From the sequence record PV390659.2: a stretch of 64,000 nucleotides of DNA; one strand, given 5' to 3'. Made by a program: the position numbers and the translations under genes. Below the pieces are notes generated by a model. That model ran no database searches and was not told the origin of the DNA. It saw only the letters and a list, made by a program, of their open reading frames with translations. Origin of the DNA: Escherichia phage vB_EcoM_P8. Positions within the stretch are counted from its first letter, which is position 1. Each line of letters opens with the position of its first letter. Below are positions 10,147 to 22,506 of this stretch, one piece after another.

Positions 10147-11658
10147 TTATAAATTAACTGTTTTCATTACGTAATTAAATTTTTCATCTGCGTATCGCTG
10201 AATACGATCAATGCCGTGTTTTAAAAGATAGTTCAAATGAACATATTTCTTTTTCGTATTAGCAGATTTTGGCTTAACACCACAATCATCGATGAGGTCC
10301 CAGACCGTTGCGATTGTTTTAGAACCATGCTTACGTAATACGCGACCTATTGTTTGCAATACAATAATTTTAGATTTAACGCCGTGCGCTAAAACAACGT
10401 GATGCAGATTTTTAACTGAAATACCAGTAGAAAATACACCATAACTAGCTACTATAATTATTCCTTTACCGTTTTCAGCTAGGGTTTTCATTACATTGCG
10501 CGTTTCAGTATCAACTTCTCCTGATACGTAATAAACTTTATCGTATTCATTTTTAATTAAATCGAAAATAGCTTTACCATGTGATACATGCTTAAACATG
10601 ACAAAAGCGTTTTCATCTTTTTGTGCAAGTTTAATAGCTAATTTAGCGATCCATTTATTTCTTTTACTGAGCCCAGTAATAATTTTTATTTCTTCTTGGT
10701 AAGTTTTTCCCTTTAATTTAGTAGTGAACTCATCGGGATAGCGAAGAAAAATACTATTAATTTTTAACTCAGTTACTTGTCCATCTTCCATTAATTTAGA
10801 AGTCGTTACTGGTTTAAATATTTCACCAAACATTCCAACATACTGCATGATATTAGCTTTGCCATCACGCAATGAACCTGATAGACCAAATTTAAACATG
10901 CAGTTATTTAAACCTGATATGATAGATGAAATACTTTTTCCTGTGGCAAGATGGCATTCATCATTCATCATCATTCCAAACTGTGAGAACCATTCTTTTG
11001 GTTGTTTTACTACAGTTTGCCATGTACCAACAATTACCGGTGCATCATTTTTATATTTATCATCTTTTGATGCTCCGCCACCAATTTTCTTTATCATTGC
11101 ATGACTGAATAAACGATAATCAACAAAGTCATCAGCCATCTGAGTTGTCAGAGCAGTTGTTGGAACAATGATAAGAATTTTACCTTCATAATTTTCCAAA
11201 TAATAACGTGCAAGCAAAGCTTGAATTAAAGATTTACCTGCGGATGTTGGAAGATTAAGAATTCTACGACGATTAACTAATCCTTCGAACACTGCATCTT
11301 TTTGATACCAATGCGGTTCAATTCTTTTATTTCCTGAATGGATTTCTAATTTAGAAATCCATTCATCAAAATCTTTTCTTGATAATTCTTCTTTTTCGTT
11401 AATTTGTGGGTCAATCCAGGCTTTATAGCCAAAGTTATCACAGAACTTTTTAATTTGCCCGACTAAGCCGAACGGAAGAAGGCGATTATAATCTAAAAGA
11501 CGGATTCGTCCATCCCAGTGACCATATTTGTATTTCGGATTAAAACGATACCCTTCAGCTTCAAAGCTAAAGAAATCACGGAGTTCATGAAATGTACTTT
11601 CTTCACAATCAATTCTCACGTGACTAAAATCATAAAAATGTACTTTAATGTCAGTCAT
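10147..11658 (-). CDS. uvsW: UvsW SF2 DNA helicase
   Basis: 503 aa; Walker A (PTSAGKS) and DECH box. Confidence 0.9.
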   Translation of the reverse strand: MTDIKVHFYDFSHVRIDCEESTFHELRDFFSFEAEGYRFNPKYKYGHWDGRIRLLDYNRLLPFGLVGQIKKFCDNFGYKAWIDPQINEKEELSRKDFDEWISKLEIHSGNKRIEPHWYQKDAVFEGLVNRRRILNLPTSAGKSLIQALLARYYLENYEGKILIIVPTTALTTQMADDFVDYRLFSHAMIKKIGGGASKDDKYKNDAPVIVGTWQTVVKQPKEWFSQFGMMMNDECHLATGKSISSIISGLNNCMFKFGLSGSLRDGKANIMQYVGMFGEIFKPVTTSKLMEDGQVTELKINSIFLRYPDEFTTKLKGKTYQEEIKIITGLSKRNKWIAKLAIKLAQKDENAFVMFKHVSHGKAIFDLIKNEYDKVYYVSGEVDTETRNVMKTLAENGKGIIIVASYGVFSTGISVKNLHHVVLAHGVKSKIIVLQTIGRVLRKHGSKTIATVWDLIDDCGVKPKSANTKKKYVHLNYLLKHGIDRIQRYADEKFNYVMKTVNL

Positions 11659-11708
11659 GTCTAAATACCATGTAATAAATATATCTATATTTATACTGAG
11701 GAAATATT

Positions 11709-12389
11709 ATGATAGATAAAGATTATATTGCAGAGCTGAAGGCTCTTGATGATAATAAAGAAGCTAAAGCTAAATTAGCTGAATATGCTGAACAGTTTGG
11801 TATAAAGGTCAAAAAGAATAAATCTTTTGATAATATCGTTATTGATATTGAAGAAGCCCTCCAGAAGCTCGCTAGTGAACCTATGCCAGAGACTGATGGG
11901 TTATCTATTAAAGACTTAATTAATGCTGCTGATGCTGCAGAGGGATTAAAATATGACGATGAAGAGGTCAATCCAGAGGCAGCACTTCTGATTGATTCTC
12001 CGGTTAAATCTGACATTAAAATTGAAGTGGTAGAAACGGATAAAATTCCTGAAAATATCGATGTTTTGATTGAAGATACTCCTTTTGTTGAAGAAAAATT
12101 CGAACAGGCTGTAGCTGAGATTATTGAATCTGAAAAACCGTCTGTATTTACTCTTCCGGAAAACTTTAGTCCTAATCTTCAGCTGATTGGGAAAAATCCA
12201 GGATTTTGTACCGTTCCTTGGTGGATTTATCAATGGATAGCCGAAACCCCAGATTGGAAATCTCGCCCAACTAGTTTTGTGCATGCTTCTGCTCACCAAA
12301 CATTATTTAGCTTAATTTATTATATTAATCGCGATGGATCAGTTCTAATTCGTGAATCTCGTAATTCTTCTTTCGTAACATTAAAATAA
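11709..12389 (+). CDS. inh: Inh, inhibitor of prohead protease
   Basis: 226 aa; position before hoc as in T4. Confidence 0.7.
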   Translation: MIDKDYIAELKALDDNKEAKAKLAEYAEQFGIKVKKNKSFDNIVIDIEEALQKLASEPMPETDGLSIKDLINAADAAEGLKYDDEEVNPEAALLIDSPVKSDIKIEVVETDKIPENIDVLIEDTPFVEEKFEQAVAEIIESEKPSVFTLPENFSPNLQLIGKNPGFCTVPWWIYQWIAETPDWKSRPTSFVHASAHQTLFSLIYYINRDGSVLIRESRNSSFVTLK

Positions 12390-12398
12390 GGATAACTT

Positions 12399-13529
12399 AT
12401 GGCTTTTACAGTTGATATAACTCCTAAAACACCAACAGGAGTTATTGATGAAACCAAGCAGTTTACTGCTACACCCAGTGGTCAAACTGGAGATGGACCT
12501 ATTACATATGCTTGGACTGTAGATAATGTTCCACAAGATGGAGCTGAAGCAACTTTTGATTATGTATTAAAAGGACCTGCCGGTCAAAAGACTATTAAGG
12601 TAGTTGCAACAAATACTATTCCTGATTCCGAAGCTGAAACAGCTGAAATTAGTACAACTATTACAGTTCAAAACAAGACACAGACAACTACCTTGGCAGT
12701 AACTCCCGATAGTCCTTCAGCTGGAGTAATTGGAACCCCAGTTCAATTTACTGCTGCCTTAGCTTCTCAACCATCAGGTGCATCTGCTACGTATCAGTGG
12801 CATGTAGATGGTTCTCCTGTAAGCGAAGCAACTAGTGCTACATTCAATTACACTCCTACTACAAGCGGAGTTAAAAAAATTAAGTGTGTCGCTCAAGTAA
12901 CAGCGGCAGATTATGATACAAAAGAAGTTACTTCTAATGAAGTATCATTGACAGTTAATAAGAAGACAATGAATCCACAGATTGCATTGACTCCTCCTTC
13001 TATTAACGTTCAGCAAGATGCTTCGGCTACATTTACTGCTAATGTTACTGGCGCACCTGACGCAGCACAAATTACTTACTCGTGGAAGAAAGATTCTTCT
13101 CCTGTAGAAGGGTCAACTAACGTATATACTGTCGATACCTCATCTGTTGGAAGTCAAACTATTGAAGTTACTGCTGTCGTTACAGCGACTGATTATGATA
13201 GCAAAACAGTTAAAGCGACTGGTCAAGTTCAGGTAACTGATAAAGTTGCTCCGGAACCAGAAGGTGAATTGCCTTATGTTCATCCTCTTCCACATCGTAC
13301 TTCAGCTTATATCTGGTGCGGTTGGTGGGTTATGGATGAAATCCAAAAAATGACTGAAGAAGGTAAAGATTGGAAAACTGACGACCCAGATAGTAAGTAC
13401 TACTTGCATCGTTACACTCTTCAGAAGATGATGAAAGACTATCCAGAAGTTGATGTTCAAGAATCGCGCAATGGATACATCATTCATAAAACTGCTTTAG
13501 AAACTGGTATCATCTATACCTATCCATAA
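12399..13529 (+). CDS. hoc: Hoc, highly immunogenic outer capsid protein
   Basis: 376 aa; repeated Ig-like segments; size matches T4. Confidence 0.85.
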   Translation: MAFTVDITPKTPTGVIDETKQFTATPSGQTGDGPITYAWTVDNVPQDGAEATFDYVLKGPAGQKTIKVVATNTIPDSEAETAEISTTITVQNKTQTTTLAVTPDSPSAGVIGTPVQFTAALASQPSGASATYQWHVDGSPVSEATSATFNYTPTTSGVKKIKCVAQVTAADYDTKEVTSNEVSLTVNKKTMNPQIALTPPSINVQQDASATFTANVTGAPDAAQITYSWKKDSSPVEGSTNVYTVDTSSVGSQTIEVTAVVTATDYDSKTVKATGQVQVTDKVAPEPEGELPYVHPLPHRTSAYIWCGWWVMDEIQKMTEEGKDWKTDDPDSKYYLHRYTLQKMMKDYPEVDVQESRNGYIIHKTALETGIIYTYP

Positions 13530-13532
13530 TCT

Positions 13533-13560
13533 AAGGGGCTTCGGCCCCTTTCTTCATTTT
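13533..13560 (+). terminator. intrinsic terminator after hoc
   Basis: aaggggc-ttcg-gcccctt hairpin then T-rich tract. Confidence 0.65.
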
Positions 13561-13617
13561 GAAAGCACACAAAACACAATCAGAAAACGATGTATATAAT
13601 GGCACCAACTCGATAAC

Positions 13618-13833
13618 ATGAGATTGATTATGAGAACTGAGGTTGTGGTGTTTACACTCCATGAGTCTGGAAAGTCATTCATTGAAATTGCTCGTGAATT
13701 GAACTTACATGCAAAGGAAGTGGCTGTATTATGGGCTCGAGCTATGACTGCTAAGAATAAATTTGAGACTCGAGAAAAAGTTGTCTATAGAAAAAGACAT
13801 ATTAATAAAAGGGTGAAAAATGGAACAGTATGA
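13618..13833 (+). CDS. hypothetical small protein (24.3-like position)
   Basis: ORF; true start probably ATG at 13630. Confidence 0.45.
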   Translation: MRLIMRTEVVVFTLHESGKSFIEIARELNLHAKEVAVLWARAMTAKNKFETREKVVYRKRHINKRVKNGTV

Positions 13834-14098
13834 TCTTTATGAAAATGAATCTTTTGCTAATCAATTACGCGAAAAAGCACTTAAAAGTAAACAGTTTAAA
13901 CTAGAGTGTTTTATTAAAGATTTTTCGGAACTTGCTAATAAAGCAGCTGAACAAGGTAAAACATATTTTAGTTATTATTGCACTGCTCGCGATAAATTGA
14001 TTACTGAAGAAATTGGTGATTGGCTGAGAAAAGAAGGATTTAGCTTTAAAGTCAATAGTGATCAGCGTGATGGTGATTGGTTAGAAATTACATTTTGA
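13820..14098 (+). CDS. hypothetical small protein (24.2-like position)
   Basis: 92 aa ORF overlapping the previous stop. Confidence 0.5.
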   Translation: MEQYDLYENESFANQLREKALKSKQFKLECFIKDFSELANKAAEQGKTYFSYYCTARDKLITEEIGDWLRKEGFSFKVNSDQRDGDWLEITF

Positions 14099-14107
14099 GG
14101 ATTAATT

Positions 14108-15112
14108 ATGTTTAAAAAGTATAGCAGTCTTGAAAATCATTACAATTCTAAATTCATTGAAAAACTTTACAGTTTAGGATTGACTGGTGGCGAATGGGTA
14201 GCTCGTGAAAAGATTCATGGCACAAATTTCTCACTGATTATTGAACGCGATAAAGCAACTTGTGCTAAACGTACTGGACCGATTCTTCCTGCTGAAGATT
14301 TCTTTGGGTATGAAATTATTTTAAAGAATTACGCTGATTCCATTAAAGCAGTACAAGATATTATGGAAACTTCGGCAGTTGTATCTTATCAAGTCTTCGG
14401 TGAATTTGCTGGACCTGGCATTCAGAAGAATGTCGATTATGGCGATAAAGATTTTTATGTATTTGACATTATTGTTACTACAGAAAGCGGTGATGTAACT
14501 TATGTCGATGATTATATGATGGAATCATTCTGTAATACATTTAAATTTAAAATGGCTCCACTTTTAGGTCGCGGTAAATTTGAAGAGCTTATTAAATTGC
14601 CAAACGATTTAGATTCTGTTGTCCAAGATTATAATTTTACAGTAGACCATGCTGGATTAGTTGATGCAAATAAATGCGTTTGGAATGCCGAAGCAAAAGG
14701 TGAAGTATTTACTGCTGAAGGATATGTATTGAAACCTTGTTATCCTTCTTGGATGCCTAATGGCAATCGTGTAGCTATTAAATGCAAGAACTCTAAATTT
14801 AGCGAAAAGAAAAAGTCTGATAAGCCTATTAAAGCTAAAGTTGAGCTGTCAGAAGCTGATAATAAATTGCTGGGAATTTTAGCTTGCTACGTTACACTGA
14901 ACCGAGTAAATAACGTTATTTCTAAAATTGGCGAAATTGGTCCAAAAGATTTTGGAAAGGTGATGGGGCTAACTGTTCAAGATATTTTGGAAGAAACTTC
15001 TCGTGAAGGTATTACTTTAACTCAAGCGGATAATCCTTCTTTGATTAAAAAGGAATTAGTTAAAATGGTACAAGATGTACTTCGTCCGGCTTGGATTGAA
15101 TTGGTAAGTTAA
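14108..15112 (+). CDS. rnlB: RNA ligase 2
   Basis: 334 aa; nucleotidyltransferase motif I (EKIHGTN); N-terminus matches T4 Rnl2. Confidence 0.9.
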   Translation: MFKKYSSLENHYNSKFIEKLYSLGLTGGEWVAREKIHGTNFSLIIERDKATCAKRTGPILPAEDFFGYEIILKNYADSIKAVQDIMETSAVVSYQVFGEFAGPGIQKNVDYGDKDFYVFDIIVTTESGDVTYVDDYMMESFCNTFKFKMAPLLGRGKFEELIKLPNDLDSVVQDYNFTVDHAGLVDANKCVWNAEAKGEVFTAEGYVLKPCYPSWMPNGNRVAIKCKNSKFSEKKKSDKPIKAKVELSEADNKLLGILACYVTLNRVNNVISKIGEIGPKDFGKVMGLTVQDILEETSREGITLTQADNPSLIKKELVKMVQDVLRPAWIELVS

Positions 15113-15143
15113 ATAAAAAGGGACCTTTCGGTCCCTTTGTTTT
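15111..15143. terminator. bidirectional terminator between rnlB and gene 24
   Basis: agggacc-tttc-ggtccct hairpin with U-rich tracts on both strands. Confidence 0.6.
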
Positions 15144-16425
15144 ATTCATCAACGATAATTTTTGGTAATTTAACACCTAATAAAACAGACAAATCTGAAC
15201 GACCCGCCATTTTATCCATGTCTCCACCATCAATTATTCTTGCTTCTTTTTCATCTTTTGCTACAGTGTAAGGATTTGCAGATAAAGCATATCTAACCAA
15301 TAAACCGATAGATGGTTGTAAGCTTTCTGGATCAACTACAACTTTAAATGCACCTACATGTTCAGGGTCATCTAAGTCAAGACCTTCTGTATACGGAGCA
15401 TAGAAAATTGATCCAACAATTTCTTTTTCGCCAATATTTTCTACTACACCAACGATTACATAATCTAATGGGCTGTTAGTATCGCAATAAAGCGGTAAAC
15501 CATTAGCTAAGAACCCGTAGGCATTTTGTGAAAGATATTTATCATCTTCTGGTTTATGTTTTAACCAACCTGATGCAGCAAGAATCGCAGCGGCACGAGC
15601 TGAAGCAACACAGAACGTTGCAGTATAAGTTGATTCTTTTTGGATATGCGAAACCATTTCACATACCATTCGGTATAATGAACGACCAGCTTCAGGTGCA
15701 GATGCATAACTCAAATCAATGAATCCAGTATCAGTAATTCCTGTAACTTTATAGCGTTTTGATACTGTAATCAAAGACTGCAGAATATCTTTATTGATTT
15801 CATCCGCCATTTCAGTTGCAAGCAAATCTTCCAAGAAATTAGGAGCATCGAATCCATTTGCTTCTAAATCTTGTGCTAATTCAACTGTAATGCCAGTTTT
15901 AAGTTTACGAGATTTAACCGCGGTTTGCCATTTATTAATCTGGAATCTAGCATCAGCAATTTCGCTATCAGAGCTTTCAAATTTGCTTGTTACTGCAGCA
16001 TCAGAAAATAGACGAACCTTTAAAAGAACGATTGCAATCTGAAGAGCTAATTCTAAATCGCTTTCTTCAATATCAGCAAATGGTGTATCTTCTAATACTT
16101 TATAAACGATATTATTATATTTGAATAAATCGCCTTTATTGAGAGTTAATTTAGACTCTTCTGTTAATTCTGTGATTTGTTCTCGGTCTACGTACCCAGC
16201 TTCGCCAGCGTAAGTAGCACCAGTTTTAAATGTAAATTCGTTATCTGGGTTAAGGTATTTGATACCATAAAAAGCAGCAACAGGTTGATTAGTTCTTTGC
16301 GTTGCTACAATGTCAGAATATATTAATTTAGTGGTAGCGCGAGTCAAAGCAACGAGATTTGGGCGACCGATTGAGTTGCTATTCGTTGTGGTTGATTCGC
16401 GCAGAAGTTCGTTGATTTTAGCCAT
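15142..16425 (-). CDS. 24: capsid vertex protein gp24
   Basis: 427 aa; size and order match T4. Confidence 0.9.
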   Translation of the reverse strand: MAKINELLRESTTTNSNSIGRPNLVALTRATTKLIYSDIVATQRTNQPVAAFYGIKYLNPDNEFTFKTGATYAGEAGYVDREQITELTEESKLTLNKGDLFKYNNIVYKVLEDTPFADIEESDLELALQIAIVLLKVRLFSDAAVTSKFESSDSEIADARFQINKWQTAVKSRKLKTGITVELAQDLEANGFDAPNFLEDLLATEMADEINKDILQSLITVSKRYKVTGITDTGFIDLSYASAPEAGRSLYRMVCEMVSHIQKESTYTATFCVASARAAAILAASGWLKHKPEDDKYLSQNAYGFLANGLPLYCDTNSPLDYVIVGVVENIGEKEIVGSIFYAPYTEGLDLDDPEHVGAFKVVVDPESLQPSIGLLVRYALSANPYTVAKDEKEARIIDGGDMDKMAGRSDLSVLLGVKLPKIIVDE

Positions 16426-16452
16426 TGCGCTTTCCTTTTGGTTTATATGATT

Positions 16453-16460
16453 TATTTATA
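16453..16460 (-). promoter_or_regulatory. late promoter TATAAATA for gene 24
   Basis: plus-strand tatttata about 28 nt upstream of the gene 24 start. Confidence 0.55.
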
Positions 16461-16494
16461 CCATAAAAACAACTAAAGGGACCCGAAGGTCCCT
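16461..16494 (-). terminator. intrinsic terminator downstream of gene 23
   Basis: agggacc-cgaa-ggtccct hairpin followed by a U-rich tract on the minus strand. Confidence 0.6.
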
Positions 16495-16508
16495 TAAATC
16501 GTCAAAGA

Positions 16509-18074
16509 TTAGATACCTTTAACATATACACGGCGGAAGTAAGCGTTTTTACCAAGGCTATTCAGAATAGAAGGCATACCGCTTTGAATGCGAGAAGCCG
16601 GAGCCTGAGCAGCGGATTCTGCAAATGGGTTGATACCGATACCGTAACGAGTTTTGAATCCCATTACTGGTTGGAAGTTCTTCGGATCGGAACCACGCAG
16701 CGGAGTCAGAGCTACATATGGAGCATAGTAAATACCAGCATCCATTTCGTTCGGACCTTTATAACCTACAGTGAAATAATCCTGTTTAGCATACTGGTCG
16801 ATATATACACGGTATTTACCACCCAGAACACCAGCAAATACTGACTTGGTAGTATCAGTGTTAAAGCCGGTAGCCAGACCCTGTGCAGCATAAGAAATGC
16901 CAGTATCAACTGAAGCCAGAACGTTAACTACGTTACGGGAAGCGATAATGAAGTTACCTTCACCACGACCGGTCTGACGAGCAATTTCAACTGCTTCTTT
17001 GTCAATCTGGAACAACAGAGCTTTAAAGGATTCACCCGCCCAGCGAGCACCACGAATATCAATCGGATCCTGGAAGTCAAATACACCAGCTTTAGAACCC
17101 GGAGTCAGGGTCATACCAGATTTACCAACCTGAGCTGAGTAGTTAATCCAATCAACAACTTCACGGTTAATTTCCAGCATGATTTCGGTAGCCAGAATAC
17201 CAGACAGTTCAGCATCAGCATCCATACCGTGAACAGCGCGGAGGTCTTGTGCTAATTCGATAGAGTAAGCAGCTTTCAGCTGACGAGATTTAGCTTCGAT
17301 AACTTGTTTATCGATACGGAAGCCCATTTCATTCCATGGGTTATCGGTAGAACCGTTGAAACCTTCCTGAAGTTCAGCGATAGAAGTAGCCATACCTTCA
17401 GCGATTTCTACCAGTACACCAGCTTCCATTTGTTTCTTAATTTCAGCATCTAATTTAGCTGCATCAGTTGCGCTTGCACTAATTGTTACTTGAGCAGAAG
17501 CCTGCAGATACACAGTACCAGTGTCCTGGAAGAAGTGAGTATAGATATCACCTACTGTGGTTTCTGTGCTAGCAGCCAGAGCCGGGAATTTCTTAGCAGC
17601 ACCCTGACCAGAGAACATTGCATCTGGACCATACATTGGGTGGAATGCTTCTTTAGCACCGGAAGCGATTGGGTCTTTACCATATACTGCACGCAGTGCG
17701 AATACCTGGCCAGTCGGGCTGTTCATCGGCTGAACACCACAAATATCGAAAGCAATCAGGTTAGGAATAGCACGACGTACCATACCCATAACAGCTGGGC
17801 CAATCTGAGTTACTGCGCCAGAAGTCTGACCAGCAGCGATGTTAGTAGCATTGTAACCGTGGTCACCACCGATTTCAGCTTCTGTTAAGAAAGAACCGAA
17901 CGCCTGAGCGATTTTTTCGTCTTTGTACTCTGGAGCTGTCTGGAAATCTTTTTCCTGGTTTTCAAAGATTTTAGCGATAATCGCTTGTTTGCTATTAGCA
18001 ATTTCCGGTAAACCTTCACCTTCCAGTAATGGCTTCCATTTGTTCAAAAGTTCAGCTTTAGTTTTGATAGTCAT
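16509..18074 (-). CDS. 23: major capsid protein gp23
   Basis: 521 aa; N-terminus MTIKTKAELLNKWKPL as in T4 gp23. Confidence 0.95.
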   Translation of the reverse strand: MTIKTKAELLNKWKPLLEGEGLPEIANSKQAIIAKIFENQEKDFQTAPEYKDEKIAQAFGSFLTEAEIGGDHGYNATNIAAGQTSGAVTQIGPAVMGMVRRAIPNLIAFDICGVQPMNSPTGQVFALRAVYGKDPIASGAKEAFHPMYGPDAMFSGQGAAKKFPALAASTETTVGDIYTHFFQDTGTVYLQASAQVTISASATDAAKLDAEIKKQMEAGVLVEIAEGMATSIAELQEGFNGSTDNPWNEMGFRIDKQVIEAKSRQLKAAYSIELAQDLRAVHGMDADAELSGILATEIMLEINREVVDWINYSAQVGKSGMTLTPGSKAGVFDFQDPIDIRGARWAGESFKALLFQIDKEAVEIARQTGRGEGNFIIASRNVVNVLASVDTGISYAAQGLATGFNTDTTKSVFAGVLGGKYRVYIDQYAKQDYFTVGYKGPNEMDAGIYYAPYVALTPLRGSDPKNFQPVMGFKTRYGIGINPFAESAAQAPASRIQSGMPSILNSLGKNAYFRRVYVKGI

Positions 18075-18092
18075 TTGTGTTAACCTTTAAAA

Positions 18093-18902
18093 TTAGAAAC
18101 GAGATGCGACTTTCGCATATACACTTACAATATCTTCTGCACCAGGTGCAGCTTTATCTTCTACAGCTTCAGTGACGAAATTCAGTCCGGCTGCTTCAGT
18201 ATCAGGAGTATTTATACCCTCAGTAATAGTGCTTTCATCTTTATTAGACTTCTTCACCATTTCTACGATGGCACTCAATTTATTTGAGAATTCATCTGAA
18301 TAATCCATACCTTCGACCAGAGCAGAGACTTTTTCTTTTTGAGACTCAGTCAGATCTTTAGTACTTTCGCTCAATGCCACTTCACGCTGCACATAATTGA
18401 TATATGCGTCACGCTTATTGAGTTCTTCGAACAGACGAGCTGATTCTTCTTTATGTTCTTGCAGCTCTTCTTCCATTTCAGCCACAACATCAACTGATTC
18501 TTCTGGAACAACAACGTTGTGTTCAACAAAGAGCTCTTTTAATCCACCAAGCATGGATTCAAACAGTTCGGCTTTGATGCCTTTATCAACTGCTAATTTA
18601 TTTTCAGCGAGCCATTCTTTTGCAAGATGGTCGATGAATTTAGAAGCTTGCTCAGCGATTTTCTTCTCAGCTTTTTCTTCGGCTTCTTCTTTATTTTTTT
18701 CTACTTCTTCTTCTGCTTTTTCAGCAATTTTAGCGATATGAGATTCAGCTAATTTAACGGCGTGCTGCTTGACGGTAGCTTCGAATACAGTGCCGAAAGT
18801 TTCTTTTGCTTCCGGAGAAATATTAACTGATTCGAAAATACTATCAAGAGCAACGGAAGCATCAATTTTTTGCGCTTCAGCAATCAGTTGTTCTTTAAGC
18901 AT
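18093..18902 (-). CDS. 22: prohead core scaffold protein gp22
   Basis: 269 aa; acidic, coiled-coil; synteny. Confidence 0.85.
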   Translation of the reverse strand: MLKEQLIAEAQKIDASVALDSIFESVNISPEAKETFGTVFEATVKQHAVKLAESHIAKIAEKAEEEVEKNKEEAEEKAEKKIAEQASKFIDHLAKEWLAENKLAVDKGIKAELFESMLGGLKELFVEHNVVVPEESVDVVAEMEEELQEHKEESARLFEELNKRDAYINYVQREVALSESTKDLTESQKEKVSALVEGMDYSDEFSNKLSAIVEMVKKSNKDESTITEGINTPDTEAAGLNFVTEAVEDKAAPGAEDIVSVYAKVASRF

Positions 18903-18932
18903 TTTGTAGTCCTGTTGTTTAGATAATAATAT

Positions 18933-19571
18933 TTATAACGCTTTTTTCATGGCCTCTGCGAGAGCCATATAGGCGTCATCGGCACTTGTATCGGCTTCCG
19001 CCGTCTGTGATTCGGTAATTTCCTTAGGAGTTACCCATGCATCTGGAGCACTTGGACCCCATACTGCATCAACACCTACAGTTAATTTGAATCCTTCGTT
19101 TACGATACGATAACCTTTATTTGTGTCAGTCAATGAACCTAATCCACGAGAAGAAACTCCTGGAATCCATCCGGCACGAATATTAGCTGCTAATTTATCT
19201 CCAGGACCGTGGTCACCTTCAATAACACGAGCTCGTCCGTATACGTCATTTCCTTTCCACCACATATCTTCTATAATGATAGCGGCTTGCATCGGGTCAA
19301 CATTAGCGCGTGGAGGATGATTTAATTCTCCGAGAGCTTGTTTAGTTAAAACTTGCTCATTAATATAGTCTTTTACCGCTTTTTCTAATATGCGTTTTGG
19401 ATAAAGACGTTTATTTCTATTGACGACTTCTGCTTGCATGAATATTCCTTCGATGTATAAACCCGGTTTTAAACCTAAGTCTTTTCCATCGTGGGATTCG
19501 AGCATTGGCACACCATCAATAATTTCGCCAGGTTGACCCCAAGTTTCAATTAGTAATTGGGGTTCATTCAT
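18933..19571 (-). CDS. 21: prohead protease gp21
   Basis: 212 aa; synteny. Confidence 0.85.
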   Translation of the reverse strand: MNEPQLLIETWGQPGEIIDGVPMLESHDGKDLGLKPGLYIEGIFMQAEVVNRNKRLYPKRILEKAVKDYINEQVLTKQALGELNHPPRANVDPMQAAIIIEDMWWKGNDVYGRARVIEGDHGPGDKLAANIRAGWIPGVSSRGLGSLTDTNKGYRIVNEGFKLTVGVDAVWGPSAPDAWVTPKEITESQTAEADTSADDAYMALAEAMKKAL

Positions 19572-19996
19572 TAGCTTAATCCTAATGCTTTACGGCGTTT
19601 AAGAGCTTTTTTACGCTTACGCTGAGCACGAGATTGACCTGCTGGATTGGCAATCTTCGTTTTGGTAGCTTTGCGAGCAATTTGTCTACGTTTTGCTTTA
19701 GACAGTCCGGTGGTTTGAAATGCATTACGTTCACGCGTCTTGCGGTCTTTAGTACGTGTAATTTCACCACGAGCAGAAACATGTTTAACGATGAATTCAT
19801 TTAGCGGCATATCTTCATTAATAGAAGCTAATGCAATTGCTAAATCAGTTTCATCATCAAGCATATTCTCGACAATTGTATTTATATCGTCTTTATTTAA
19901 AGCAGAAGACAATTCGTCAAAGCGACCCTGTGCTTCAGGAATAAGTGCTTCGACATTCTCGAGAACTAATTCATGAGTTTCAGGGATCAGAAGCAT
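19571..19996 (-). CDS. 68: prohead core protein gp68
   Basis: 141 aa; basic C-terminus; synteny. Confidence 0.7.
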   Translation of the reverse strand: MLLIPETHELVLENVEALIPEAQGRFDELSSALNKDDINTIVENMLDDETDLAIALASINEDMPLNEFIVKHVSARGEITRTKDRKTRERNAFQTTGLSKAKRRQIARKATKTKIANPAGQSRAQRKRKKALKRRKALGLS

Positions 19997-20240
19997 TATT
20001 CATCATCCTCGTCTTCGTCATCTTCGTCAGAGTCTTTGTCTTTTTTGTCGTCTTTATCATCACTATCTTCGTCTTCATCATCCTCGTCTTCAGGTTCTTC
20101 ACCTTCGATTAAGAAATTACGAGCGATAGCGATTTTTTCTTCTTTAATTAAATCAATCGTTCTTGCAGCCATGGCTTCAGCAAATAATTTACGAGCGGCT
20201 ACGAGGTCGTTTGATTTAATAGCTTCAATTAAACCTTCCA

Positions 20241-20241
<1 letters not shown>
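19996..20241 (-). CDS. 67: prohead core protein gp67
   Basis: 81 aa with poly-acidic C-terminal tail; synteny. Confidence 0.75.
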
Positions 20242-21866
<1,625 letters not shown>

Positions 21867-21898
21867 TTAAGCAGGATGGGGATTTCTCCCCATTCATT

Positions 21899-22390
21899 TT
21901 ATTCCCAATAATCGAGAGCGAGAGTTACTTCAAAGGTTTGGATTTCATTGTTTGAATCCCAATCTAACTGAAGTTCACCCACGTTAGTAGGCCACAGGCC
22001 TTTAATTTCGACTTCTTTTGTTACAGTTTTAGCGTCACGAGCATATTGGCGTACAATAGCACTCTTTTTATACTCTGCTGGTTTTCCACCAGTAATTTCG
22101 TTTCCTTGCCCAGCAGCAATGCTTTGCCAGTCAACAAACTTCTGGCGTGCATCATGCGCCTCATCATTCATTACTGTAATAGTCCAGTCATCGAATGTAC
22201 GATCGCCTGCTACGTTAATTTTACGGTTCATAAATCCGACTGGAATTTTTTCTACAATACCAGCTGGTAAAGCAGTGGCTTTACATTGAAACGTAAAATT
22301 TTGTCCAAGATAAGAAATTTCTACTTGGAATAAGTTAGGTCGAGCAAAATCACCAGATTCAAACGCTCGTGTTACATCATCTACAAACAT
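21899..22390 (-). CDS. 19: tail tube protein gp19
   Basis: 163 aa; synteny. Confidence 0.9.
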   Translation of the reverse strand: MFVDDVTRAFESGDFARPNLFQVEISYLGQNFTFQCKATALPAGIVEKIPVGFMNRKINVAGDRTFDDWTITVMNDEAHDARQKFVDWQSIAAGQGNEITGGKPAEYKKSAIVRQYARDAKTVTKEVEIKGLWPTNVGELQLDWDSNNEIQTFEVTLALDYWE

Positions 22391-22506
22391 ATTAGCCTCT
22401 GTAGTATTTATATCCCTATGTTTAACCTAGGGCATATAGAATTAAAGAATTAAGGATATAGTGTATTTATATGGCCTGCCGAAACAGGCCTTTAGAATGC
22501 ACCGTA

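Noticed and set aside
18397-18741. Ser-rich ORF antisense to gene 22 (and similar antisense ORFs inside genes 23, 18, 12, 10, 8, 7, 6 and 5)
   Set aside because: Embedded antisense in conserved structural genes, with no ribosome-binding site and no plausible motifs; typical artefacts of six-frame translation.
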